Source: Azolla caroliniana (taxonomy: Eukaryota > Plantae > Polypodiophyta). Taken from it: 64,000 nucleotides of DNA. Positions 35,701-47,138 of the stretch are shown piece by piece (within the stretch, counting starts at the first letter, position 1; every line of letters starts with the position of its first letter). Under the pieces are notes generated by a model, which worked only from the letters and a program-made list of their open reading frames with translations, ran no database searches and was not told the origin of the DNA. The translations under genes were made by a program, and so were the position numbers. Location: assembly GCA_043228905.1 (NCBI GenBank), contig JBHGNT010000001.1, forward strand, positions 13,392,001 to 13,456,000. Direction: 5' to 3'.

Positions 35701-37740
35701 GAAAGGAAGTCGGTGTTGCTTCCCTAGATGGCAGGCTTCACAAATTCGTGCCTTTCGGCCACTAAATTTGGGCAATCCGAACACCACATGTTTCGATTGC
35801 AGGTCCTGAAGCCGTTGATAGCTGACGTGGCCTATCCGCTTGTGCCATAAATTGATGTCCGACTCGACTTTTTGTCCTTTCGCGAATATTGTGGTGCCAC
35901 CATCACTAGTGTCGAGGATAAACATCCTCCCATCTCTGCGCCCTTGTGCAATAACTCGGCCTTCTTCTTCGATGAAGCACCCGAGATGCGTGAACCGGAC
36001 TTGCATCCCCTGGTCGACGATCTACCCGACCAACACTAGATTCTTTGTGATTGTTGGGACGTGTAACACATTCATAAGTTTCCCTTTCTGCCCAACATGG
36101 CTCAGGGGAACTTCAACGACATTCGCGATCGGATGCGGAGTATCGTCTCCGGTTGTGACTACTCCCGGTTGCATCGGTTTCTCAAGGTATGAGAACCACT
36201 CCTTGTGGCACGTCATGTGGTTTGACGCGCCGGAGTCGACATACCACACCTCGTCTGATTTCGGGGTGGACATCTTCATCGAGTTTGCTTCGTGTCTCGT
36301 TACGAAGGCTGACCCTTTTCCGGCTTTTCTAGACCCTTCAGCGTAGTGTGATCGTTGCCGATTTCCTTTGTCGGTTTGTCCGGAACCTAATCCGGATCTG
36401 GTCCTCTCTGAATCGGCGCACTTTTTCCAGCACTCGCTCTCCTTGTAGCCTTTCTTGCCATAGTACCAGCATTCCGCAACGGATTTCCCTTGGCGGTTCT
36501 CGTCGCCTCGACTCTCCCTGTTTCCGAAGGGTCTGGAATTGCTGTCGGCATCACTTCGGTGCCTTCTTCCTTGATCCTATTGGCCGCCTCCATTGCGCAC
36601 CGACTCGCCTCATTCGCCACGACCACGGGGCCTATCCCCCTCCGTGTACAACATCTTGTTGTCGGCATGCGTGCTCGTCGACGCACCCGCGTGGTTCTCC
36701 TCTATAAGGAGCATCGACTGTAGGTCGAAAAATAATGGCGTATTCTCCCGTGTACACACAGTAGTTCGGAATGCTCCGAACTTCGATGCTAGGCCCCCGA
36801 GACAGATCTGCACCATCTCGCCTTTCTCGACGTTCACATCAATAGAGGCTAAGGAGTCGCATCTCTTTGATCTTCGAGGTGTAATCAGCCACCGACAAGT
36901 CGCGTTGTCGTAGGTTGCTCAGCTCCTGCCGGAGTTGAAGCTTCCTGGCTGTAGTGCTTGCGGCGAAAATCTTCTTCATATTTCCCCAAGCATCTTTCGG
37001 CGTTTTTGCATCCCGAATGTAGCTTACGAGCTGTTCGCCCACACAAGACGCAAAGCAGTACGGTACTCTGCTCGCCGACTGTTCCCAAGCCGGGAAGTCT
37101 TTGTGTGTCGAATTGGGTGTTGTGTCATTTGCTCCGTCAACATAGCTCCAGTAATCATGCCCGAGCAGGTACTGGTGCATCTTGTAAGACCAAGACGCGT
37201 AGTTGTTTCTATCGAGCTTCTCCGTCGGAAGCGAGCTAGCCATGCCTCTATCCATCATTCTTACCTGTTCTTCTTGGTTGGTTTTCCTTTCAAGCTATGT
37301 CAATTGTAGAGGTTCTCAACCCTCGTGCTCTCATACCATGTAAAGAATAGCATGCGGAAGCAATAGAAAACCGAACACAGAAAATGCACAAGTTTAATGG
37401 AGAGCTTGAATATACACAGTACGCGGGAGAGACAGAGAGAGAGAGAACACACAGAAACTAAATTCAAAATAATACTCAATCTGTACATACACCATGCTCA
37501 GTGAGCACCTTTTATACAAGCCCTGACAATAGGGCTGACACAAGTACTGACAATACTTGACCACTCATAAATGAGCCTCGACACTCACTCCCAAACTTAT
37601 TCCTTACGAGGAATATCTCTCTAACGGCCTTTCGGTTTACGCACCGATATGGCTAGGTTGTGCGTACCGATTTACACACCCAATCTACGCACTAGGTTAC
37701 GCATCGTATTACACACGAATGTTGAGCTTGTCTCTCAACA
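32740..37740 (-). mobile_element. Element F: Ty1/copia (A-related lineage)
   Basis: 402-bp LTRs 32740-33141 and 37339-37740; TSD AACAT at 32735-32739 and 37741-37745; PBS gctctcatacca 37327-37338. Gag ~36400-37258; protease 36022-36279; integrase 35041-36006; RT/RNase H with internal deletions. Confidence 0.92.
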
Positions 37741-39469
37741 AACATCGACTCCCATTCCCGAAGGAGAGCTCCGCAAGCAAAGGTCTCCTCAACATCATAC
37801 ACTCGGATGTATGGGGACCGGCTCAAACGCCGACGATCGGCGGATGCCAATACTACGTAACCTTCATCGACGACTACTCACGCTATGTGTGGATCTACCC
37901 GATGAAGAAGAAAAGCGAAGTGCTCTCCCACTTCGAAAAGCTCAAGGGCCAAGTCGAAAAAGAAACCGGCCGGCACATTCGATCCCTACGATCGGATAGA
38001 GGCAAGGAGTACTTCTCCGACAAATTCACCTCCTACCTCCAAAGTGAAGGCATTCGTAGAGAATTCTCATGCCGACACACACCCCAACAAAATGGAGTCG
38101 CCGAAAGGAGAATCGGCAAATACTCGAGGTAGCATGCGCCATGATGCATGAGAAGCGCATGCCAAACTTCTATTGGGCCGAAGCGGCATCCACAGCCGTC
38201 TATCTCATGAACCGGGGCACCAGTAATGGAGTCCATGAGCTAACTCCATACGAGCTCATCGTCGGAAGGAAGCCGATCATGTCGCACCTCAAGGTGTTCG
38301 GAAGCATTGCAAATGTACGCATCCCGAACGAACAATGACAGAAGCCCGACGCGAAGTCGGAGGAATGTATCTTCATAGGATACTCGTTCAAGAAGAAGGC
38401 ATACAACTGCTACAACCCTTCTACCCGAGCAGTTCGAGTAAGTCTAGACGTAGTCTTTGACAAATCCGCATCCTGGTACGCACTAGAGACAACTTCGACT
38501 CCGACTCCGCTCGACCCGGAATCCGCCGAACAAGAGGTAGAAGATGGAGATCACTTCGAACACATGTTCGAAGAAAGTCCGATTACGGCAAGGCCTAGTG
38601 GGCCACTAGAGCCCCCACGCGACCCAAGCACGTTGCGGCCAAGTACGAACTTGGACAAAGGCAAAGGTAAGATGCCCGAATACGAAGTCGACCACCCCGA
38701 CGACAATGATTCAGATGGATCGACTCCCTCACTAGACAGTGAGTTCGGTGTACCCATCATGCGTACACCCGGAGTAAAGAAGGCGCTCACATCAGTGAGC
38801 GAAAAACTTCGACGCTCTTCTAGAGAGAAGAATCCCGTCACTCGGCTCGGCTACAACGAGTATATGGCCCATCATTACGTCTTTGCGATGAAGGTAGCGG
38901 CCGAACAAGAGCCCGAGAGCTCTACAGAAGTGGCTTGTAACCCACGATGGGTGAAAACAGTCGGCCAATTTCGCATGACAAGCCTTCATCACAGGCTTGA
39001 GGGGAAGGAACCGAAACTACCACAAAAACGTCGACGCCGAAAGAATCAATATCGGTCATCCAAAGCCAAAGCTGATTCAACCAAATCAAAGATCCGAACG
39101 TCGAAAGCCAAAGCGGACATTGGATGTCCCATACTTGAGCTTGAGGGGGCGTGTTGAGAGATTAAACTCAACTTAGTTTAGTTAGTTAGTCAACCATGTA
39201 ACTTCGCAGTTACCTAGATAGAATCTAGTTAGAAGTGTTGACTATAACGCCTTAAATAGGACCTTGTACTTAAGTGGAATATTCTAGATCCTCCACTCCT
39301 AACTACATTTAATATAGGACTTACACCTTAGTACCTATATTCTACTCACACATGTGCACCTTTGCACATGAGATGTATATATACCTCATTGTGGGTATTT
39401 TTGTATTTGATGATAATAATGCTAATTTAATATAGTTACTCATCCCCCATCTTGTGTTGTTCATAAGTG

Positions 39470-39503
<34 letters not shown>

Positions 39504-39509
39504 ATGATA

Positions 39510-39570
39510 TGGCAAGACTCGAACCCATGACCTTATGCTACATGGGTCGAGCTCTTACCATTAGACTATG
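39510..39570 (-). promoter_or_regulatory. tRNA-type Pol III internal promoter (A box and B box), antisense, at U3 end of H-family LTR
   Basis: Minus strand TAGTCTAATGG (start 39568) and GGTTCGAGTCT (start 39525), 43 nt apart; also in the LTRs at 44735, 58236 and 62451. Confidence 0.7.
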
Positions 39571-39644
39571 AATTGTAATATGTAGAATATTATTTTCATT
39601 TATGCTTTATCATAGAAAATTGATGTATATTCCAGATCTCTCTG

Positions 39645-39690
39645 GAACATTCTAGAAGCTTCAGGATTATTCCTGAGAACACTATAAAAG
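39645..39690 (+). promoter_or_regulatory. Heat-shock element and TATA box in H LTR
   Basis: GAAcaTTCtaGAAgcTTC (39645-39662) about 20 bp upstream of tataaaag. Confidence 0.7.
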
Positions 39691-39925
39691 AGGGCACTAG
39701 GCATTATGTTGAACCAAATTGGTTCAACACCAGTCTTAAGCCTCTTAGCCGATTTGTACTTATCTTTCATATAATATAAGAGTTGTTGTCATCATCCTAT
39801 CTCGCTCTCTACTCTTCTCACTTCCTCTCTCTCGGGAATCTTACGCAGTCCCGTCCTCTTAGGACTAATAGTACTACTCTTCTTAGTACTAATTCAATCT
39901 CTGCTTTAGTACTATTCCTGATAGT

Positions 39926-39936
39926 TTGAACCAATT
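39926..39936 (+). promoter_or_regulatory. Self-priming PBS (Tf1/sushi type)
   Basis: ttgaaccaatt is the reverse complement of aattggttcaa (39717-39727), located ~30 nt after the TATA box. Confidence 0.8.
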
Positions 39937-39997
39937 TTCCTCTTTCCTCCAGCCTACTTGTCGTTCTCCCTCATCCTCCTACCCTTTTCCCTCTACT

Positions 39998-42900
39998 ATG
40001 GCTACTTTTAGCGCCCAAGAATATCAATCCGTTTTCTCCGAGTTACAGTGCCTAAAAGAAAAGTTTGTTGCCCTGGAACAAGAAAACCAACGGCTGATAG
40101 GGGATCTGCAACAAATCGCTCTAGAAAAGCAACAAACGCAGCAACAACATGGGGAGTTAGCGTTACGGGTGCAACAACTCGAAGCGGTATTGCAACAACA
40201 AGGATCAAGTCCCCAAGGATTTCATAAAGAGCCGAAGATTAGACTTCTTGTGAAATTTGATGGAACGCGGTCGCAATTCAGGGGATTCCTTAATCAGGTA
40301 CGATTAGTCCTCCAAATGCATCCTTCCCGATACCCCACTGATGCATCCCGAGTCGGCTTAATAGGCATGTTGCTTAGCGGCTCAGCCTTAGCATGGTTTG
40401 CTCCGCTTCTAGAAAAACAATCGCCCTTGCTTAATAACTTTGAAGATTTTATTAGTGAGTTCAAAGCCTGCTTTGGAGACACCGATAGCATCAGGACGGC
40501 GATCAACAAGATCCGGCGATTGCGTCAAGGCGATCGTCCAGCCTCTACCTACGCGGCGGATTTCCGCCTACTCGCTTCCGACATACCCTGGGATGATCAA
40601 GCACTAATGGAGCAGTTTCGCTATGGCCTGCAAAATGATGTCAAAGATCTACTTCTAACCTTCCCTGAAGAACCAAAGTCTCTTACGGAGGCAATCAGTC
40701 GAGCGGTCCGATGTGACAACCGCCTCTTCGAACGGCGTTCGGAACGTCAATTACAGATACCACGCGCTAGGCCGGAGCCCACTTACGCCGCAGTCGTGGC
40801 TAGACCATTTGCACGAGACATACCTCAAGCAAATACTTCGACACCGATGGAGATCGATACCATGCGTAGACGCGGCCCATTATCGGAAGAAGAAAAGCAA
40901 CGACGACGTGCAAATTGATTATGTCTTTATTGCGGTGGACCAGGGCATATCGCAATCAATTGTCCCCATAGGCCAAGAAGATAGGTAAATCAAATTGTAG
41001 CCTGTACTAAACCCGAGTCAATTCTTCCCTTAGGAGTGTCTGATAGTATTAATAGTACTAATAGAGTGTTTGATAGTATTCATAGTACTAATAGCCCAAG
41101 TATCTCAAATAAATTTGAAATCCTTAGTCAATTAGATGAAGAGTTAAACGATTGAGTCCAGCCAAAATAGGAGCCATTTGGTTGGACAGCAGCCCTAGAT
41201 CTGTACAGCCCATTAGTGGTTCCATTCCTTCCAAGCAAGTTAGCAATGTGTTCCTAGCCCAAGTCATTGTTAGTACTAAAAGTACTCCCCCAGTACCCGT
41301 CCTAGCACTTTTAGATTCCGGAGCTAATTCTTGTTTCATGGATCGAAATTTTGCCCAAGCTTCTCAGATATCCTTTAGAAAATTTCCTTGTCCCGCATCT
41401 GTAGTAGTCATTGATGGTCGTCCCATTGCTTCCGGGAATATTGTAGAAGAATCAGAACCCATTCAAGTTGTCCTAGGTAGTTTTGTGTGTGTAATATCAT
41501 TTAATATAATTAGTAGTCCAGAGCATCCCATTGTCCTAGGATTACCTTGGTTTGAATTACATAATCCAGCCATAGATTGGAGAACAAGAGAAGTCCGATA
41601 TCGACCACCCCAAGAATCAACTCACCAAGTTTCGACCATTTCACTCCATCAACTACGCGAAGAAGGACCCAAGGAGGAAATGTTCCTATTTGCAATATCA
41701 GTACATCCTTCCAGCACTATTAAGAAGGACTCCTCAGTACAACTTCCAGCAAAATATCATCCTTATGCCGATGTATTTGACAAGGTAAAAGTCGGTACCC
41801 TTCCTCATCACCGTCCCTATGACTGTCCCATCGATTTACAACCAGGAACCGAGCCACCATGGGGACCAATTTACAACTTGTCACCCATCGAGTTAGAAGT
41901 CCTTCGAGCCTACATAGAGGAGAACTTGGCAAGCGGGTTCATCCGCCATTCGAAATCTCCGGCCGGTGCACCCATCTTCTTTGTCAAGAAGAAAGATGGC
42001 TCACTTCGTCTTGTCGTTGATTACCGCGGATTGAATAAAGTCACCATCCGGAATAGGTATGCACTTCCTCTTATATCAAGTCTTTTAGAGCGAGTTAATG
42101 GTGCCAATTTTTTTACTAAAATCGACATACGAGGAGCGTATAACCTCGTGCGGATCCGACCGGGAGATGAGTGGAAGACCGCCTTTCGCACGTGGTATGG
42201 GCATTTCGAGTATACTGTTATGCCGTTTGGCCTAACCAATGCACCCGCAGTCTTCCAACACATGGAAAATGATATATTCAGAGACCTCTTGGATATCTGC
42301 TTGATCATTTATCTGGATGATCTATTGATCTATTCGAAGACCCAGGAAGAGCACGATTCTCATGTACTATTAGTACTAAAGCGACTCCGCGAGAATGGTC
42401 TTTATGCCAAGCTAGAAAAATGTAGCTTTGACTGCAAGCAAGTGGAATTTCTAGGCTACTTCATCTCCTCAAAGGGCATCGCCATGGATCCAGCTAAAAT
42501 CCAAATTGTACTAGAGTGGCAAATTCCACGGTCGGTACGATATGTACAATGTTTTCTAGGTTTTGCTAACTTCTACCGTAAGTTTATACAGGATTACTTG
42601 AAGATTATTTTACCTCTCACACAACTTATGAAGAAGGGCCAAGCATTTCTTTGGTCCATAGACGCAGATATGGCTTTTCGGCATCTTAAGAAAGCCTTTA
42701 CATCAGCACCGATTCTAGCTCATGTGGATACAAGCAAACCATTCATCATGGAGGCCGACGTATCAGATTTCGCCCTTGGTAGCCTCCTTTCTCAACAAGG
42801 CGATAAAGAAGAGTTGCATCCGGTGGCTTTCCATTCGCGCAAATTCGATGTCGCAGAAATCAACTACGAAATACATGACAAGGAGTTATTAGCCATCGTG

Positions 42901-44723
42901 GATTCATTTGTACAATGGCGGCATTTCTTAGAGGGCTCTCCACATCAGGTCATTGTCTTTAGCGATCATAAAAATCTTGCTTATTTTCAGAACGTTCGCG
43001 TACTAAATCGACGGCAAGCTTAGTGGGCGCAATTCCTTACGCATTTCGACTTCAAAATCACATATCGACCGGGGAAGCAGCAAGGAAAAGCAGATGCACT
43101 ATCACGGTGTTCATATCTTGCACCTCGGCCTGGTGACGCAACATTTGATAATCAAAAGCAAGTAATCTTGGGACCAACACGATTGCACACGACGCGGATT
43201 TTTCACACCCCGATGGATTCACGGATTACCGATGACATACGTGCAACCTTGAAGACGGATAGTTTTGCTCAAGACATCCTGGCGCACATTGATACTTCTC
43301 GGGCATCCTGTTCTCAGTCTCAACAACCAGGTATTGACTACCGACAATTCGAATATCATGATGGTTTGTTATTCTTTAAAAAGCGCGTATATGTCCCCGA
43401 TTGCTCCTGTCGCCTTCAAATCGTCCAACATTGTCACGACACCCATATGGCGGGACATTTCGGTAGTACTAAGACGTTGGAGCTAGTGCAGCGATCTTTT
43501 TGGTGGCCCCACATGCGCCGTTTTGTCGACGACTACGTTCGGACCTGTGATGCTTGCTGCCGAGCAAAGATGCCACGACACCATCCATATGGCTTGTTGG
43601 AACCCTTACTGATTCCAAGTAAGCCGTGGCAGTCTATTTATCTTGATTTTATCACAGATCTGCCGGTCTTGAAGGAGTTCGATTCTATCCTAACCGTCGT
43701 CGATTGATATACGAAGACGGCACATTTTGTGTCGTGTACTAAAGCCATCACTAGCGAGGAAACCGCCGCTCTTGTTATGCGTGAGGTATTTCGGCATCAT
43801 GGCCTCCCAAACAATATTATCAGTGACCGAGGCCCGCAATTTGTCTCCAAATTTTGGCAGCATCTCTTCAAGATGCTCAAGGTCTCCTGCAACCTCTCCT
43901 CCGGCTACCATCCTCAGACCGACGGGCAGGCGGAACGAACAAACCAAACGCTAGAGCAATATCTCCAGTGTTTCCTGAGTTATCAACAGGACGATTGGGC
44001 GAGATTCTCCACTTTGCGGAGTTTGCGTATAATAATGCTATTCACTCCTCGACTCGGGTCTCCCCATTTTTCGCTTATACCGGTTTCCATCCTCGTTGGT
44101 CGGTGATCGACACTCCAGAGCTACCTACCAACCCTCGTGCCGAGGATCATTTGGAGAGGCTACGCAAGATCCAGATGGATCTCTCTACTCACCTTCGTCA
44201 TGCTCAACACACACAGAAGACCTATGCGGATCGTCATCGGATTCCCTCCTCTTTTGCCATCGGAGATCGAGTATGGCTCTTACGTCGTCACATCAAGACT
44301 ACTCGACCGTGCGACAAGTTGGATTATCAACGACTCGGTCCCTTCCGTATTACGGGTAAGATTAATGATGTCACCTTCCGCCTTGATCTCCCTCCGTAGC
44401 TTCATATACATCCGGTTTTCCATTGTTCTCTTCTTGAACTTTATAAAGCAAACACCATTCCCGATCGTGTGACACCACCGCCGCCCCCGCTGGAGTTGGA
44501 CGCCGGCCCAGAGTATGAAGTTGTTGCCATCCTCGATTCCAAACTTGTTCGCAACAAACTTTATTATTTGGTCGATTGGCTCGGTTATAGTCCAAGCGAA
44601 CGTACTTGGGAACCCATCGAGCATGTTGCCAATGCTCAGGATCTTCTTGCTGATTTCCACCGAAAGTATCCGGACAAACCCGGTCCGCAATCAGCACCGA
44701 CTCGTTCCACTCATCGTCTTTAA
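39998..44723 (+). pseudogene. Element H gag (39998-41155) and pol in the -1 frame (PR, RT, RNase H, IN, chromodomain), with stops
   Basis: [76 protein letters not shown]. Confidence 0.92.
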
Positions 44724-45258
44724 GGGGGAGATAGTGTCATGATATGGCAAGACTCAAACCCATGACCTTATGCTACATGGGTCGAGCTCTTACCATTAGA
44801 CTATGAATTGTAATACGTAGAATATTATTTTCATTTATGCTTTATCATAGAAAATTGATGTATATTCCAGATCTCTCTGGAACATTCTAGAAGCTTCAGG
44901 ATTATTCCTGAGAACACTATAAAAGAGGGCACTAGGCATTATGTTGAACCAAATTGGTTCAACACTAGTCTTAAGCCTCTTAGCCGATTTGTACTTATCT
45001 TTCATATAATATAAGAGTTGTTGTCATCATCCTATCTCTCTCTCTACTCTTCTCACTTCCTCTCTCTCGGGAATCTTACGCAGTCTCGTCCTCTTAGTAC
45101 TAATAGTACTACTCTTCTTAGTACTAATTCCATCTCTGCTTTAGTACTATTCTTGACACTCTCTCTTCCTCTCACACGCATATCACATAATCTTCCGCTT
45201 AACTTAATCACATAATTAGGTACTAATTAACCCTTGCTCAATTACCTAATTATTAATA

Positions 45259-45801
45259 AGGGGGAGTACAAGCGAGAACCGGATACCGTCTGAACCGGTA
45301 CGAGCCGAAGCGGACACCGAAGATCATCCGAATTGGATACCATCCGAAGCGGACATCAATCGAAAGGAACCGACCCAAGTTGAGCTTGAGGGGGCATGTC
45401 GAGAATCAAGCTCAACATAGTGCAACGTGTGAACACACCTTTTGAGAATCTATGATTACTCAAAGGTCAAGAGTCACACCACTACTCTCTACACATAACT
45501 AATCAGTTACATATTCCCCATGACTATGAGTCTTCACATTCCCTAAGAGAGAGTGGTTGTTGTAGTTAGTAAATGAAGAGAGAAGGTGACTATATATAAA
45601 ACACCCTCCTTATACTTCATATTAAATCGGTTGTGACCCCTTGTAATGCTACATTTTGTATTTGCTATTCTACTTGTGAATATACACCTTCTTCTTGAGT
45701 ATACATTTTTCTATCTATCTTGTGTTCTCTCTATTGTCCTCTAATTCCTCTCACACATACACATAACACACATCTCTTCCGCTAGTACCCAATTCTTTAC
45801 A
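45259..45801 (+). mobile_element. Element I: copia 3' fragment with PPT and LTR (45397-45801)
   Basis: gttgagcttgagggggca followed by tgtcgagaatcaagctcaac...tttaca; the PPT context matches A, F and G. Confidence 0.7.
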
Positions 45802-46109
45802 ATGGCCTTGAACCAATTTGGTTTTTGGATGATTGATAGATCCTTATTTATAAATACCTATAGAGTAATATAGAACACTCTAGAATATTCTAGGACATTC
45901 TAGAATATAGAGTAATCTATAAGGTTTATAGAATATTCTAGGACATTCTTGAATGTAAAGTAATATAGAATATTCTAATGATATTAGATTATATATTCTA
46001 AAAACTATACATATAAATATATTATTATAATGGTTTAGGATTTAAGATGTGTATAACAAGGTTGTGGGCTCAAATCCTTTTGGGGCATAATGTGAGTGTC
46101 ATCATGACA
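45802..46109 (-). mobile_element. Truncated Tcn1-like LTR
   Basis: Ends catgaca like the H and J LTRs; has the ttgaaccaatttgg R motif, TATA, TTCTAGAA arrays and degenerate A/B boxes at 46023/46067. Confidence 0.65.
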
Positions 46110-46697
46110 AATTGAACCTTCTTTAGTTTTTATGAAGATTCTTTTCTTATTGCCATTATTAGATCCTCGAGTATCATCTACATATGGTCAAGGATTATTT
46201 GAGTGGAGGGGATAGGCCCAACTTTGTGTATCCCAAGTTTCTATTGAATTATTTAAAACGGTTAGTTGTCATTGGTGGCCAACCATGTTTATATGCTTGC
46301 TTGTTTGATGGTGGTAGAAACAATTCCGCTAGAGAGACAACATACATCTTTGCCTAGGTTGTTCTTAAATATGTAAATTGGTTTTTTTTATTATTGATCA
46401 TGAATCCTCATAGTTGTGGATCTATTTATTCATGATTATTTATCATAAATGTTCATAGTTTTGGATATGCACACATATGGCTAATGTATTGATAGTATAG
46501 GATGGTTCTCATATGGTCTTGTAGTAGCACTAAAGTTGAGAGATTGAAGCATTATTTTTCCAAGGATGGCTTAGATATGATATATCATCTCTAGAAACCA
46601 TAATAAGAGTTATATGAGGCATATTGGTGTAGGTGAGTTACATACTTGTGTCCCACGTCATGAACATTAATAACTTGGCTCATTCTCAAATAGGTTT

Positions 46698-47138
46698 TGT
46701 TAAGTAATTAGGTAATTAACTAAGGTTAATTAGAGACTAATTATATGGTTACGTTAAGCAGCGGAAGATTAGTATGATATGCACGTGAGAGTGTGTGAGA
46801 GGAAGAGAGAGAGAGAGGAAGTTACACTTATGAACACAAAGATAAATGGGGGATGATTGACTATATTGAAAAGTGTCATCAACATACAAAAATACCCACA
46901 ATGAGGTATATATACAACCCATGTGCAAAGGTGCACATGTGTGGGTAGAACATAGGTACTTATGTGTAAGTCCTACATTAAATGTACTAAGGAGTGGACG
47001 ATCTAGAATATCCCACTTAAGTACAAGGTCTTATTTAAAGGCTTAAGATCAACACATTAACTAGATTCGATCTAGGTAGCTACTAAGTTACATGTGTTTA
47101 CTAACTAGATTAAACTAGTTGAGCTTGATATCTCAACA
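46698..47138 (-). mobile_element. Solo LTR of the G family
   Basis: Reverse-complement homolog of 39152-39499 plus 45159-45258; TG..CA termini; TSD GGTTT at 46693-46697 and 47139-47143. Confidence 0.9.

Larger units (their letters stand above)
39500..45158 (+). mobile_element. Element H: full-length Ty3/gypsy chromovirus (Tcn1-like)
   Basis: 424-bp LTRs 39500-39923 and 44735-45158; TSD CTCTC within a CT tract; PPT aagggggagatag; no tRNA-Met PBS. Confidence 0.93.
32455..45258 (+). mobile_element. Element G: 5'-truncated Ty1/copia, interrupted by F and H
   Basis: LWHKRIGH..CEVCQLGKQH at 32455-32739 continues as RLPFPKES..integrase from 37741. RT/RNase H deleted near 38960. PPT 39140-39151; 3' LTR 39152-39499 plus 45159-45258. 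Confidence 0.82.

Noticed and set aside
39510-39570. Genuine tRNA genes inside gypsy LTRs
   Set aside because: No convincing acceptor or anticodon stems; only the A/B boxes and their spacing are retained.
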